Below are positions 36,384 through 45,506 of a DNA stretch of 64,000 nucleotides, one piece after another. Below the pieces are notes generated by a model that did not search any database, was not told the origin of the DNA, and saw only the letters and a program-made list of their open reading frames with translations. The stretch comes from Thermomicrobiales bacterium (GTDB lineage Bacteria; Chloroflexota; Chloroflexia; Thermomicrobiales; UBA6265), in the NCBI GenBank assembly GCA_046328335.1, contig JAXLWU010000015.1, positions 30,023 to 94,022 on the forward strand. Direction: 5' to 3'. Position 1 is the first letter of the stretch. Each line of letters opens with the position of its first letter. The position numbers and the translations under genes were made by a program.

Positions 36384-36758
36384 TCAACCATCAATCGCCT
36401 CGTCCCACGGCTCGGGGAGCCAGAACACTGCCGTAATATCGACCTGGTAGGGTGCGACAAAGGGCACGCCTTCGGCTTCGAGACGGCCGGCCATGACGTC
36501 AGGGTGGCCAAAATGCCAACCACCACTGAGGAATCCAACGCGATTGACGACGCGGTGACAGGGGAGTTCGGGTCCTGCCTGATGAAGCGCCCAACCGACG
36601 GCACGAGCTCCTCGCGGAACTCCAATGGCACGCGCGATCGCCCCGTAGGTGGTGACGCGCCCAAAGGGAATCGCTGCGACGATGGAAAAGATGCGATCGA
36701 TCTGGCGCGTCGCAGCGATCTGGGGGAACGAGGGTGTATTGGAGCGTTCGTTATCCAT
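36384..36758 (-). CDS. MGMT-family DNA-binding domain protein (COG3695-like)
   Basis: IPFGRVTTYGAIARAIG...RAVGWAL......PCHRVV is the methylated-DNA-protein-cysteine methyltransferase C-terminal domain pattern, with the Cys retained. ATG at 36758. Confidence 0.7.
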   Translation of the reverse strand: MDNERSNTPSFPQIAATRQIDRIFSIVAAIPFGRVTTYGAIARAIGVPRGARAVGWALHQAGPELPCHRVVNRVGFLSGGWHFGHPDVMAGRLEAEGVPFVAPYQVDITAVFWLPEPWDEAIDG

Positions 36759-36823
36759 GTGATGATTTCCCGCCCACGTGCCGATGGTAGCATCCCAACT
36801 CGTACGCAAATGGAGCAAGAATC

Positions 36824-37501
36824 GTGGATTCAGTGTGTGTGTTTTGCGGCTCGCGCGATGGAAACAACCCCGCGTATCTTTCGGCGGCGCGTCGAACGGG
36901 GATGGCAATCGCCCAGCGCGGCTGGCGCCTGGTCTACGGTGGTGGCCGGGTCGGACTGATGGGCGCGGTTGCTGACGGCGCGCTGGCCGAGGGCGGCGAG
37001 GTGATTGGAATCATTCCGCGATCGCTGCTGACACGGGAGATCCCCCATCCTTCGATTTCGCGATTGCATGTCGTGAACAGCATGCATCGACGCAAAGCAC
37101 TGATGTCGAGCATGTCTGATGGATTCCTCACGCTCCCGGGAGGCTTCGGCACCCTCGAGGAATTCTTCGAGACGCTCACTTGGGCGCAGTTGAAACTCCA
37201 TACCAAACCTTGCGCATTGCTCGATGTCGCCGGGTTCTGGGATGACCTGCTGGCGATGGTCAATACCGCTGTCGTCGAGGGATTCATCCCGGAGATTCAT
37301 CGCGAGCTGATCCTTATTGGCAAGGATCCGGATAGCTTGCTGGATCGCATGGCGGCGTACGTACCGCCTGAATCTGCCGAAGCGGCGATCGGCCTCCCGG
37401 CCGATGGCCCCCCGGTTCATCGCGATTTGCCGCCGTCCAAATCGTCGCGCATTGCCATGGATTCTAGAAACGTTGCAGAAGCCGGACCCGGGCACGTTTG
37501 A
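36824..37501 (+). CDS. LOG-family (TIGR00730) nucleotide 5'-monophosphate nucleosidase with ~45-aa C-terminal extension
   Basis: VCVFCGS, LVYGGGRVGLMG and the hallmark PGGFGTLEE motif. Confidence 0.85.
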   Translation: MDSVCVFCGSRDGNNPAYLSAARRTGMAIAQRGWRLVYGGGRVGLMGAVADGALAEGGEVIGIIPRSLLTREIPHPSISRLHVVNSMHRRKALMSSMSDGFLTLPGGFGTLEEFFETLTWAQLKLHTKPCALLDVAGFWDDLLAMVNTAVVEGFIPEIHRELILIGKDPDSLLDRMAAYVPPESAEAAIGLPADGPPVHRDLPPSKSSRIAMDSRNVAEAGPGHV

Positions 37502-37608
37502 CGGCTTCGTGCTTCCACTGGGAACTCCGCGGCGGGCCGCTCCGTATACTCAGCGAGATACGTGCTGCCAGTTGGGGGCGTTCCCTGGTCAGTTACTGAG
37601 GCTAAACC

Positions 37609-40200
37609 ATGCGAAATTTGTTGACGAAGATTTTCGGGGACCCGAACGAGGCCCCGCTCAAACCCTATCTGAAGATCGTTCCCGAGGTCAATACCCTCGA
37701 ACCCCGGATGGAGACCCTCTCCGATCTCGAATTGCGCGAGCTAGCCAATGGGTTTCGTGACCGCCTGGAAGATGGCGAATCGCTGGACGATCTCCTTCCC
37801 GAATCATTCGCGGCGACGCGCGAAGCGTCCCGTCGCTCGCTCGGACAGCGGCATTTCGACGTGCAATTGCTCGGCGGGGCGGTGCTCCACTCCGGAAGGA
37901 TCGCCGAGATGCGGACCGGTGAAGGCAAGACACTGACCGCGACACTTCCTGTGGCCCTCAACGCGATCGAAGGCAAAGGCGTTCACGTCGTCACCGTCAA
38001 TGATTACCTCGCCAAGCGCGATACCCAATGGATGGGCCAGGTCTACGACGCGTTAGGTCTTTCGGTGGCGTGCATCCAGCACGATGCCGCGTTCATCTAC
38101 GATGGGGACTGGGTTTCGGAAGATGAGCGACTGGCGCGGCTCCGTCCGATTTCCCGCCGAGAAGCATACGAGGCGGACATAACCTACGGAACGAACAACG
38201 AATTCGGTTTCGATTACCTCCGCGACAACATGGTTCCCGACGCTGAGCGAATGGTGCAGCGGGACCTCAACTACGCGATCGTCGACGAGGTCGACAACAT
38301 TCTCATTGACGAAGCACGCACCCCGTTGATCATCTCCGGTCAGGCCGAGCAGGCAACCGACCGTTACTACCAGTTCGCTCAGGTCGTGAAGCAACTGCGG
38401 GAGGGCAGCGACTACACCGTCGACCTCAAGCACAAATCGGTTTCGTTGACCGACGATGGCATCGACCGGGTAGAGGAACTGATCCAGATCGGTCCCGGGG
38501 AAAGCATCTACGACGAGCGCTACGTCGAACTCACCCACTATCTGGAGCAGGCGCTAAAGGCGCACGCGACGTTTCAGCGCGACAAGGATTACATCGTCCG
38601 CGACGGCGAAGTGATCATCGTCGATGAGTTCACTGGCCGCATGATGCTCGGGCGGCGCTACTCCGAAGGGTTACACCAGGCAATCGAGGCCAAAGAGGGA
38701 GTTCGCGTCCGTCGCCAGAATGTGACCCTGGCCACCATCACATTCCAGAACTACTTCCGGATGTACAAGAAACTCGCGGGCATGACGGGTACGGCGAAGA
38801 CCGAGGCGGAGGAGTTCCGCCGCATCTACAGTTTGGATGTCGTGGTCATCCCGACCAACAAGCCAATGGTCCGGGAAGACCTCGGCGATCTTGTGTACAA
38901 GAATGAGCGCGGCAAGTTTCGCGCCGTCATCGACGATATCAAGACTCAGCGCGAGAGCGGCCGGCCCATACTGGTAGGAACTACCTCGATCGAAACCTCG
39001 GAGCGCCTGTCCGAGCACCTGACTCGCGAAGGAATTCCGCATCAGGTCCTCAACGCGAAGCATCACGAGCGTGAAGCGGCGATCGTGGCCGAGGCGGGGC
39101 AACCGAAGACCGTCACCATTGCCACCAACATGGCAGGCCGCGGCACGGACATTGTGCTCGGGCCCGGCGTCCGCGAAGCGGGCGGTCTCCACATCATCGG
39201 CACCGAACGCCACGAAGCGCGGCGTATCGACAACCAGTTGCGTGGCCGGTCCGGCCGCCAGGGAGACCCCGGTTCGTCGCGTTTCTACGTCTCGCTCGAA
39301 GACGAGTTGATGCGCCGGTTCGGCTCGGAACGAATCTCCTCCATGATGGAACGTCTCGGCATGGAAGAGGACGTGCCGATCGAGCACCGGGTCATCACCA
39401 AGTCAATCGAGAACGCCCAGGTCAAGGTCGAAGGGCATAACTTCGACATCCGCAAGCACGTCGTGCAGTACGACGACGTCATGAACAAGCACCGCGAGGT
39501 GATTTACGCCGACCGTCGTCAACTCGTGACCGGCGAAGATGTCCAGGACCGTGTTTGGGACATGGTCGAGGGCGAAATCGAGAAAATCGTCGACGCAAAC
39601 ATCGGTGATGGCAAGGACCTCCTGCGCGATGACGAGACGCTGATCGAGAATTACACGGGATTCGTGCCGACGACGACGTTGACCGTTGGCGACGTTGCCG
39701 GGCTCGATCGCGATGCGGTCATTGAGGCGCTGATCGCGGATGCGGACCGCGCCTACACCGACGTCGAATCTCGTTTCGGGCCGGATGTCATGCGCAAGGT
39801 CGAGCGTCATGTGATGCTCACGATCATCGATAAACTCTGGGTCGAACACCTCACGGCGATGGACGAACTTCGGGAAGGGGTCGGGCTACAGGCCTATGGT
39901 CAGAAGGACCCTCTCGTGGTCTACAAGACCCAGGCCTATGAGTTCTTCCAGCAGTTGCTCTCGAGTATTCAACACGATGTGGCCCACACGATCTTCCGGG
40001 TACAACCGGTAGTCGCGCAGCAACCGGTACGCACCAGGCTGACGGAGGAATCGGACAAGGCGCAGGGCGCCGATGAGTCTGAAAACGGATCAGGACCAAA
40101 AAAGGCGCGCAAGATTGGTGTCAACGACCCCTGCCCATGCGGCAGCGGCAAGAAGTTCAAGCACTGCCACGGCGCGAAGGGAAGCCGCGCCCTGGTCTAG
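37609..40200 (+). CDS. secA: preprotein translocase ATPase SecA
   Basis: 863 aa. MRTGEGKTLTATLP (Walker A), VTVNDYLAKRD, DEVDNILIDEARTPLIISG, TNMAGRGTDI, and the C-terminal zinc finger CPCGSGKKFKHCHG. Confidence 0.97.
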   Translation: MRNLLTKIFGDPNEAPLKPYLKIVPEVNTLEPRMETLSDLELRELANGFRDRLEDGESLDDLLPESFAATREASRRSLGQRHFDVQLLGGAVLHSGRIAEMRTGEGKTLTATLPVALNAIEGKGVHVVTVNDYLAKRDTQWMGQVYDALGLSVACIQHDAAFIYDGDWVSEDERLARLRPISRREAYEADITYGTNNEFGFDYLRDNMVPDAERMVQRDLNYAIVDEVDNILIDEARTPLIISGQAEQATDRYYQFAQVVKQLREGSDYTVDLKHKSVSLTDDGIDRVEELIQIGPGESIYDERYVELTHYLEQALKAHATFQRDKDYIVRDGEVIIVDEFTGRMMLGRRYSEGLHQAIEAKEGVRVRRQNVTLATITFQNYFRMYKKLAGMTGTAKTEAEEFRRIYSLDVVVIPTNKPMVREDLGDLVYKNERGKFRAVIDDIKTQRESGRPILVGTTSIETSERLSEHLTREGIPHQVLNAKHHEREAAIVAEAGQPKTVTIATNMAGRGTDIVLGPGVREAGGLHIIGTERHEARRIDNQLRGRSGRQGDPGSSRFYVSLEDELMRRFGSERISSMMERLGMEEDVPIEHRVITKSIENAQVKVEGHNFDIRKHVVQYDDVMNKHREVIYADRRQLVTGEDVQDRVWDMVEGEIEKIVDANIGDGKDLLRDDETLIENYTGFVPTTTLTVGDVAGLDRDAVIEALIADADRAYTDVESRFGPDVMRKVERHVMLTIIDKLWVEHLTAMDELREGVGLQAYGQKDPLVVYKTQAYEFFQQLLSSIQHDVAHTIFRVQPVVAQQPVRTRLTEESDKAQGADESENGSGPKKARKIGVNDPCPCGSGKKFKHCHGAKGSRALV

Positions 40201-40305
40201 TTTCGAGATGCGTAGGTCCATCCGCTGCCGGCGCATTCTTGCGCTTACCGAACCGTGATCGAACTGGCTGGATTGGCCATGCCGATTCGGCAGGCGACCA
40301 TCGCT

Positions 40306-41076
40306 TCAGGATAGATCGCCTTGACGCTCGTCTTCTGATGCTGCATATGGCCGCAACATGACGAGCGAGCGCTCGATTGCCGCAATGGTCCGCTCGTAGG
40401 CAAACAGGAGATCGGTCATCTCTCCGATGCGGGCGGACAGGGTCATCAGCGTTTCAACATCGCGAGGATGTTCGCGCGCCTGCAGCAAGAAATCGCGAAG
40501 GTCGGCAATCCGCTCGGGTTCAACGGCGCCCGGCGGGTGAACGGCAACCTCGAGATCAGAGACTACGCCGCTGAGATCAGGTGTTTCATCCAGGGTGACC
40601 TCTGACAGCAGGAGTTTCAACTCACTGATCAACGCGCCAAGACGATGGACCGCTTCACGGTTGCGATCATCGGCGAAGCCGACATCGGCCACAGCGGCCT
40701 CTTCTGCGCTAACCGCGTCCAGTGCGAGATTCTCCGCTTCCGCGTGCTCTGCGGCATCCTCTGATTCTGGCGTTTGAGACGGGGATTGCTGGACCGGCCA
40801 TCCGGAGGAGACGAGCTCAGAGGAGTCGCCTTGTTCCCTGGTATCGGTCGCCGGTCTCCAGTCCCAGTCCACGGTTGCGGGACTCCTGACCTTGTTCGCC
40901 GGCACATGGGGCCAACCTCCGGTCGGCCATTTCTTGGGGCCCTGACTTGACGCGCCCAAGTCGGGAATGGATTCGTCGAGGGACAGGCTGGCATCGATTG
41001 AGTAGCGATGCCCACAGATCGTGCAGAACCTCGCTCCCGGCCGCGTTGGCGCTTCGCAATTTGGGCACGTATCCAT
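40306..41076 (-). CDS. hypothetical zinc-ribbon protein
   Basis: N-terminal CPNC...FCTICG zinc-ribbon, an acidic disordered middle, and a helical C-terminus. Confidence 0.55.
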   Translation of the reverse strand: MDTCPNCEAPTRPGARFCTICGHRYSIDASLSLDESIPDLGASSQGPKKWPTGGWPHVPANKVRSPATVDWDWRPATDTREQGDSSELVSSGWPVQQSPSQTPESEDAAEHAEAENLALDAVSAEEAAVADVGFADDRNREAVHRLGALISELKLLLSEVTLDETPDLSGVVSDLEVAVHPPGAVEPERIADLRDFLLQAREHPRDVETLMTLSARIGEMTDLLFAYERTIAAIERSLVMLRPYAASEDERQGDLS

Positions 41077-41261
41077 CGTGGCCTCCCTCGTTCAAGAAAT
41101 CCGATGCCGCTCTGCGGCCATGGTACCCCGCCCGGACTGCGCGCCATGATCCGATCCGCTAGCCAACTGGACGCCGCGCTGCGACAATCTCACGTCACGA
41201 CGGATCGATCACCAAGACAGTTGACGCTCGACCTGCCACGAGCGCGAAGGAGCAACAGAGA

Positions 41262-42212
41262 GTGAGTGATGTTCTGGGAACCACGACGCCGATCAAGACG
41301 CGTCATATCAGGCCAGGCCAGGGCCAGGCGGTCGAGGTCAAGGCTGGTCAGTTCGTGCAGATTCAGACCTTGCAGGGCAAGCAGGTTGCCGATTTTGTCG
41401 CGTTCTCGGCTGACGATCATGAGGAATACCACGCGACGTCCGTTACGCAATCGGCCAATGCCAACATCGTTCCCAAGAGAGGAATGACGCTCTACTCGAA
41501 CCGGCGGCAGGGGATGTTCGAGATCGTCGAGGACACTGTCGGTCGCCACGATATGATCTACGCCTGCTGCGATCCGATCCGCTATGAACAATTGGGAGCG
41601 CCAGGCCATGCGAACTGTCGCGAGGCGCTAACCGAGGCCCTCTCCGCATACAGCATTGGGTACGATCGCATCCCCACACCGATCAACTGGTTCATGAACG
41701 TCTCGATCCAGCAGCGTGGTGAGCTGGAGATTCGCGAGCCCCTTGCCGAAGCGAACGACTATGTGCTGCTGCGAGCCCTGAAGGACGCGATCGTGGCGGT
41801 CTCCGCCTGTCCCCAGGACCTGACGGCCACCAACGGGTTCGCGCCGTCGGATCTCCGCTTGCGGGTCTTCCGGGAAGGATCGCTGATGCCGGAGACGGTC
41901 GAACAGTTCGTCGCCGAGGTGGTGGTTGTCGAAGTCGCCGCGGACGCGGAAGCGAACGACGCCGTGGAAAAGACGGCGCGTCGGGCGGAGCGGCGAGCGG
42001 AGCGGCGGGCAGCCATGGCGGAAGCGGCAACGGGCGAGGTGGCCGAGGTCTCGGATGAAGGGAACAGGGCTGCCGAGAACGCCGAGGCAGACGGAGCCGC
42101 CGCCGGGACCGCGGCCGCGGCTGTGGCACCAGACCCGGTTGCGCCGGCAGTTGGCCGTCCCGCCAGACTTCAGGACACCGCGGAAGCGACTGTTATGCGC
42201 GTCGAAGGGTAG
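41262..42212 (+). CDS. DUF1989-family protein (urea-carboxylase-associated-like) with Ala/Glu-rich C-terminal tail
   Basis: IRPGQGQAVEVKAGQFVQIQTLQGKQVADFVAF...GRHDMIYACCDP...GHANCREAL matches the DUF1989 pattern as I remember it. The last ~110 aa are low-complexity A/E/R. Confidence 0.65.
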   Translation: MSDVLGTTTPIKTRHIRPGQGQAVEVKAGQFVQIQTLQGKQVADFVAFSADDHEEYHATSVTQSANANIVPKRGMTLYSNRRQGMFEIVEDTVGRHDMIYACCDPIRYEQLGAPGHANCREALTEALSAYSIGYDRIPTPINWFMNVSIQQRGELEIREPLAEANDYVLLRALKDAIVAVSACPQDLTATNGFAPSDLRLRVFREGSLMPETVEQFVAEVVVVEVAADAEANDAVEKTARRAERRAERRAAMAEAATGEVAEVSDEGNRAAENAEADGAAAGTAAAAVAPDPVAPAVGRPARLQDTAEATVMRVEG

Positions 42213-42591
42213 ATTGCCGCAGTTCGCACTTGGACGAACGTGAAACGCCGGCAACCGCGGTGGCGGTCCCCGGCGTTTCCGACTGAGATGAAGCGGTGTT
42301 CAGCAGGCAATAGCGCCCGGCATGAACCCGACTGGTTCCGCGGCGCCAATGACGCGCCGCGGTTCCCTGAACTTCGGCGTCACCGCGAAGAAGCGCGGCC
42401 ACCGATCCGTCGCTCAGCTTGCGGCAACGCCGAATCGAGCCGACGTTCGTCCGAGATCCCGGAGGCCGGGGCGAACGAGTTCCCGGGTGTGCATCCCCCA
42501 CGGGGTGAAGAGGAGAACCGCAGGCAGGGATGCGAGGCGATTCCGTTCCCTGCCCCCATGGTCTGGGCCGCGCCACCTCAGTACGTACACC

Positions 42592-43473
42592 CTAGCGGAG
42601 CGACGCCCCGCCGTCAACTGTCGCCGGAACTTCATCGACATTTACCTTCCAGAAACGTTCCGCCATCGTCCCTCCTCCGGCGTTTTGGGCGTAATTCGCC
42701 AGCGCAGCGCTGATTTCGTCACGCTTGGTGCCGACGCCGACATACTGGCGGAACACTGTTTCGAGTTGCGAAGGATAACTGAGGACCGCGGATATCTTGC
42801 GGTCCCACCCCGCCGCTGCCGGAACAGCGGCAGCCGCCGTGAGGGTGCCTTCTCCGATTGCCGCAAATCGCTCGCTCGTAGCGCCGGGTTTCATGGCGTA
42901 CGGGACGTCCTCATAAAACCAGACATCCCAGCCGGAACTGGCGAGCCCCCGGCCCGTTTCGTACGCCAGCTGGTGATCGACGTGGCTGCCGATGCCGATC
43001 GGCACATAGATGCGGACACTCAGGTCCGGTGCGGCCGGAAGATCGAGGGCAGAAGCAATTGCTCCGGGTACTGACGCTTCGTCTGCAAGGGGACGGTCGA
43101 ACAGTTGGTTGTCGGAAAGATACCGGTGGCCGCGGTAGATCGCGTCGCGAAAGGGGAGCACCGAACTCGTCGCTCCCAGGATTGCGGAAGCAGCGGCTTC
43201 TTCTGCGCGTCGCGACGCGATCACGGTTTCGGCGCTCAGCCCCCATCCCTCGTGCAACTGATGCGCGAACGAGGAGAGGGACTCCGTCGGATCGGGGTAA
43301 TCGCCGAAGATGACGACCGATTCCGGCGCGAAGCCAAGATCATGGAGTCGCGCCACCGTTGCTCCCACGGACAAGGCGATATCGTCGTAATGAGGTGATA
43401 GAAAAAGATGCCGAGTGGCGCTAGTCAGCAATTGCTCCGGAGATGTCTCGGTCGCCAACTGATCCCTCCCCAT
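42592..43473 (-). CDS. PIG-L/LmbE-family N-acetylglucosaminyl deacetylase
   Basis: The LFLSPHYDDIALSVGATVA (PHxDD) motif is near the N-terminus, with HVDH later. The start is ATG 43473, or TTG 43458 after GGGAGG. Both overlap the end of selB. Confidence 0.75.
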   Translation of the reverse strand: MGRDQLATETSPEQLLTSATRHLFLSPHYDDIALSVGATVARLHDLGFAPESVVIFGDYPDPTESLSSFAHQLHEGWGLSAETVIASRRAEEAAASAILGATSSVLPFRDAIYRGHRYLSDNQLFDRPLADEASVPGAIASALDLPAAPDLSVRIYVPIGIGSHVDHQLAYETGRGLASSGWDVWFYEDVPYAMKPGATSERFAAIGEGTLTAAAAVPAAAGWDRKISAVLSYPSQLETVFRQYVGVGTKRDEISAALANYAQNAGGGTMAERFWKVNVDEVPATVDGGASLR

Positions 43474-45451
43474 CTGGATTTTCGGTCGATCGTGGACCCG
43501 GACGTTTGGGGCCCCGTACGCGATCGTCCCCAATCCGGCGCGTGTAGCGAAGGAGATCCATCTGCTCGAGCGCTGCCTGAGCGTACTTTCGGCTGGTACC
43601 GAAGTGATCGCGAAACTGCGCGAGGGTAATCGAGCCATGGTCATCGATGAAGGCAAGGGTGCGGGCCGTGAGTTGCTCCCAGGAGTGCGGCGTGTAGTAG
43701 ATGCCATCCCCGACGCGGACGATCTTTCCCTGATGCTCGAGCACGATGAGCGATTCCGCGTCGAGGCCGGACTCATGGGGGCTCGGTGGACTCAGCGGGT
43801 TCGCCGCAAGCGAGGCAAGAAACGCATCCGCTTTTCCTTGCCGGGTGGGATCGAGGACAAGCGCGAACCCCGCGTCCCGGATGGTGGCGCCACCGTCCGA
43901 AATCGAGCCACGCCGCATTGCTTCACCGATTACCAGGTCAAATACACGGGGCGGTCGCAATCCCATTCGGGTGCGCAATTCTTCTCGCGGCATGCCCGGA
44001 CGCAGGGGATTGCTGGCGTGGAACCGCCTTAGGGTATCGATGAGTTGCTGCTCGATCTCGCCCCATCGCGTGGTTGCGACGACAACGTCAGTGGTGGTGA
44101 AACCCGGAGTTCCCGCTCCAAGGACCAAGACGTCGCCTTCGGCGATCAGTTGGCCGAGGGCGGCGTCGATCTGTCCCGCGGTCAGTCCGGCAACGCTCGC
44201 GCGAAGTTCGCCGATCTCAACCGGTCGGGACTCAATCGCTTGCAGGACGATTTCATCTGGACTACCAGCAGCGAGTGTCTCCAGAGCCGCGACAGTCTCC
44301 GGCCGGAATCGCTGGTGGCGGGGCGGGTTGGCATCGATGACCTCACCACCACCGATCGTTTCGCTCGGAGACGCGCGGCGCACAATGAACCGATCGCCTT
44401 TCCGCACGGCAAGCCGAGTGCGAAAGCGCAGTTGGACCCACCCGGTTTCCCCTGGGGGGATGGTGTCACGATCGAGCAACGTGGCCCATGCCGGCAACTC
44501 CGTGGCGCCCGTGAAGAAGTCGATCTCCGCGTTCTGCTTCAAGGTCATAGGCGAATCCTCGAGCAGGCGGAGCCTCACATCGATGCGCTGCGTCGGAGTC
44601 ATCGATTTTGGCGGAGCCAGCACGTCGCCCCGGCGAATTTCTTCTGTCGTAATCCCGGAGAGATTCACGGCGGTGCGCGTTCCTGGCGGCGCAATGCTGA
44701 CTTTGTGCTGGTGCGATTGAAGACCGCGGACGCGGGCGACGCGGTTACCAGGGTAGACCTGGACGTCGTCGCCGGTGGCGATGGTTCCTCCACTGAGCGT
44801 TCCCGTGACGACCGTGCCGAACCCAGCAACGGTGAAGACGCGGTCAACGGGAAGCCGGGGTGGTCCGCCGCGCACAGGGAGTGCACTCTCGCTCAATACC
44901 CGTTGCAGCGATAGAAGGAGTTCGGCAAGACCCCGACCGGTTGTGGCGGAAACGGGAACGATTGGGGCGCCGGCAAGTGAGGTGCTGTCGATTCGCTGTC
45001 GTACCTCCTCTGTCACCAGATCCAGCCACTCGTCGTCAACCAGATCCGCCTTGGTCAAGACGATCACGCCCCTCGACACTCCGAGGAGATCGAGAATCGC
45101 GAGATGCTCGGCGGTCTGGGGCATGGGGCCCTCGTCCGCGGCAATGACGAGCAGCGCGGCATCGATTCCGCCGACACCTGCCAGCATGTTCTTGATGAAC
45201 CGTTCGTGCCCGGGCACATCGACGATACTGACTTCGCGCCCACCCGGCAACGTCACCCAGGCAAAGCCGAGGTCGATTGTCATCGCCCGCGCTTTTTCCT
45301 CCGCCAGCCTATCGGGATCGATCCCGGTCAGGGCCTTTACCAAGGTCGACTTGCCGTGATCGACATGACCTGCGGTGCCGACAACGAAACTTCGGGTCGG
45401 GGGAACTTCAGCGCCGGAGGACACCTCAGCCATGGCCGTCGATCGGTTCAC
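43421..45451 (-). CDS. selB: selenocysteine-specific translation elongation factor SelB
   Basis: VGTAGHVDHGKSTLVKALTGIDPDRLAEEKARAMTIDLGFAW, DVPGHERFIKNMLAGVGGIDAALLVIAADEG and LTKADL. The long C-terminal winged-helix-like region brings it to 676 aa. It aligns closely by eye with E. coli SelB N-terminal blocks. Confidence 0.9.
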   Translation of the reverse strand: MNRSTAMAEVSSGAEVPPTRSFVVGTAGHVDHGKSTLVKALTGIDPDRLAEEKARAMTIDLGFAWVTLPGGREVSIVDVPGHERFIKNMLAGVGGIDAALLVIAADEGPMPQTAEHLAILDLLGVSRGVIVLTKADLVDDEWLDLVTEEVRQRIDSTSLAGAPIVPVSATTGRGLAELLLSLQRVLSESALPVRGGPPRLPVDRVFTVAGFGTVVTGTLSGGTIATGDDVQVYPGNRVARVRGLQSHQHKVSIAPPGTRTAVNLSGITTEEIRRGDVLAPPKSMTPTQRIDVRLRLLEDSPMTLKQNAEIDFFTGATELPAWATLLDRDTIPPGETGWVQLRFRTRLAVRKGDRFIVRRASPSETIGGGEVIDANPPRHQRFRPETVAALETLAAGSPDEIVLQAIESRPVEIGELRASVAGLTAGQIDAALGQLIAEGDVLVLGAGTPGFTTTDVVVATTRWGEIEQQLIDTLRRFHASNPLRPGMPREELRTRMGLRPPRVFDLVIGEAMRRGSISDGGATIRDAGFALVLDPTRQGKADAFLASLAANPLSPPSPHESGLDAESLIVLEHQGKIVRVGDGIYYTPHSWEQLTARTLAFIDDHGSITLAQFRDHFGTSRKYAQAALEQMDLLRYTRRIGDDRVRGPKRPGPRSTENPDGEGSVGDRDISGAIAD

Positions 45452-45506
45452 TGCTCATGCGTGGATGGTCGATGACCGCGCCGTGCTCGTCAAGTGATGG
45501 ACCGTG

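Noticed and set aside
41628-42254. 208-aa minus-strand ORF.
   Set aside because: It is antisense to the DUF1989 gene and its composition is Arg/Gly/Pro-rich.
42213-42591. Tested the convergent spacer by eye for tRNA-Sec (next to selB), tmRNA, RNase P RNA, SRP RNA, and TPP and cobalamin riboswitches. Also tested it for a small UGA-containing selenoprotein ORF.
   Set aside because: None of the following were present:
- A T-arm GGTTCGA-type loop or UCA anticodon stem.
- GGAAAGUCCGGGC.
- GGAAGCAGCC.
- A THI-box or B12-box.

The read-through translations were not protein-like. The region is kept only as an unclassified structured region in the findings.
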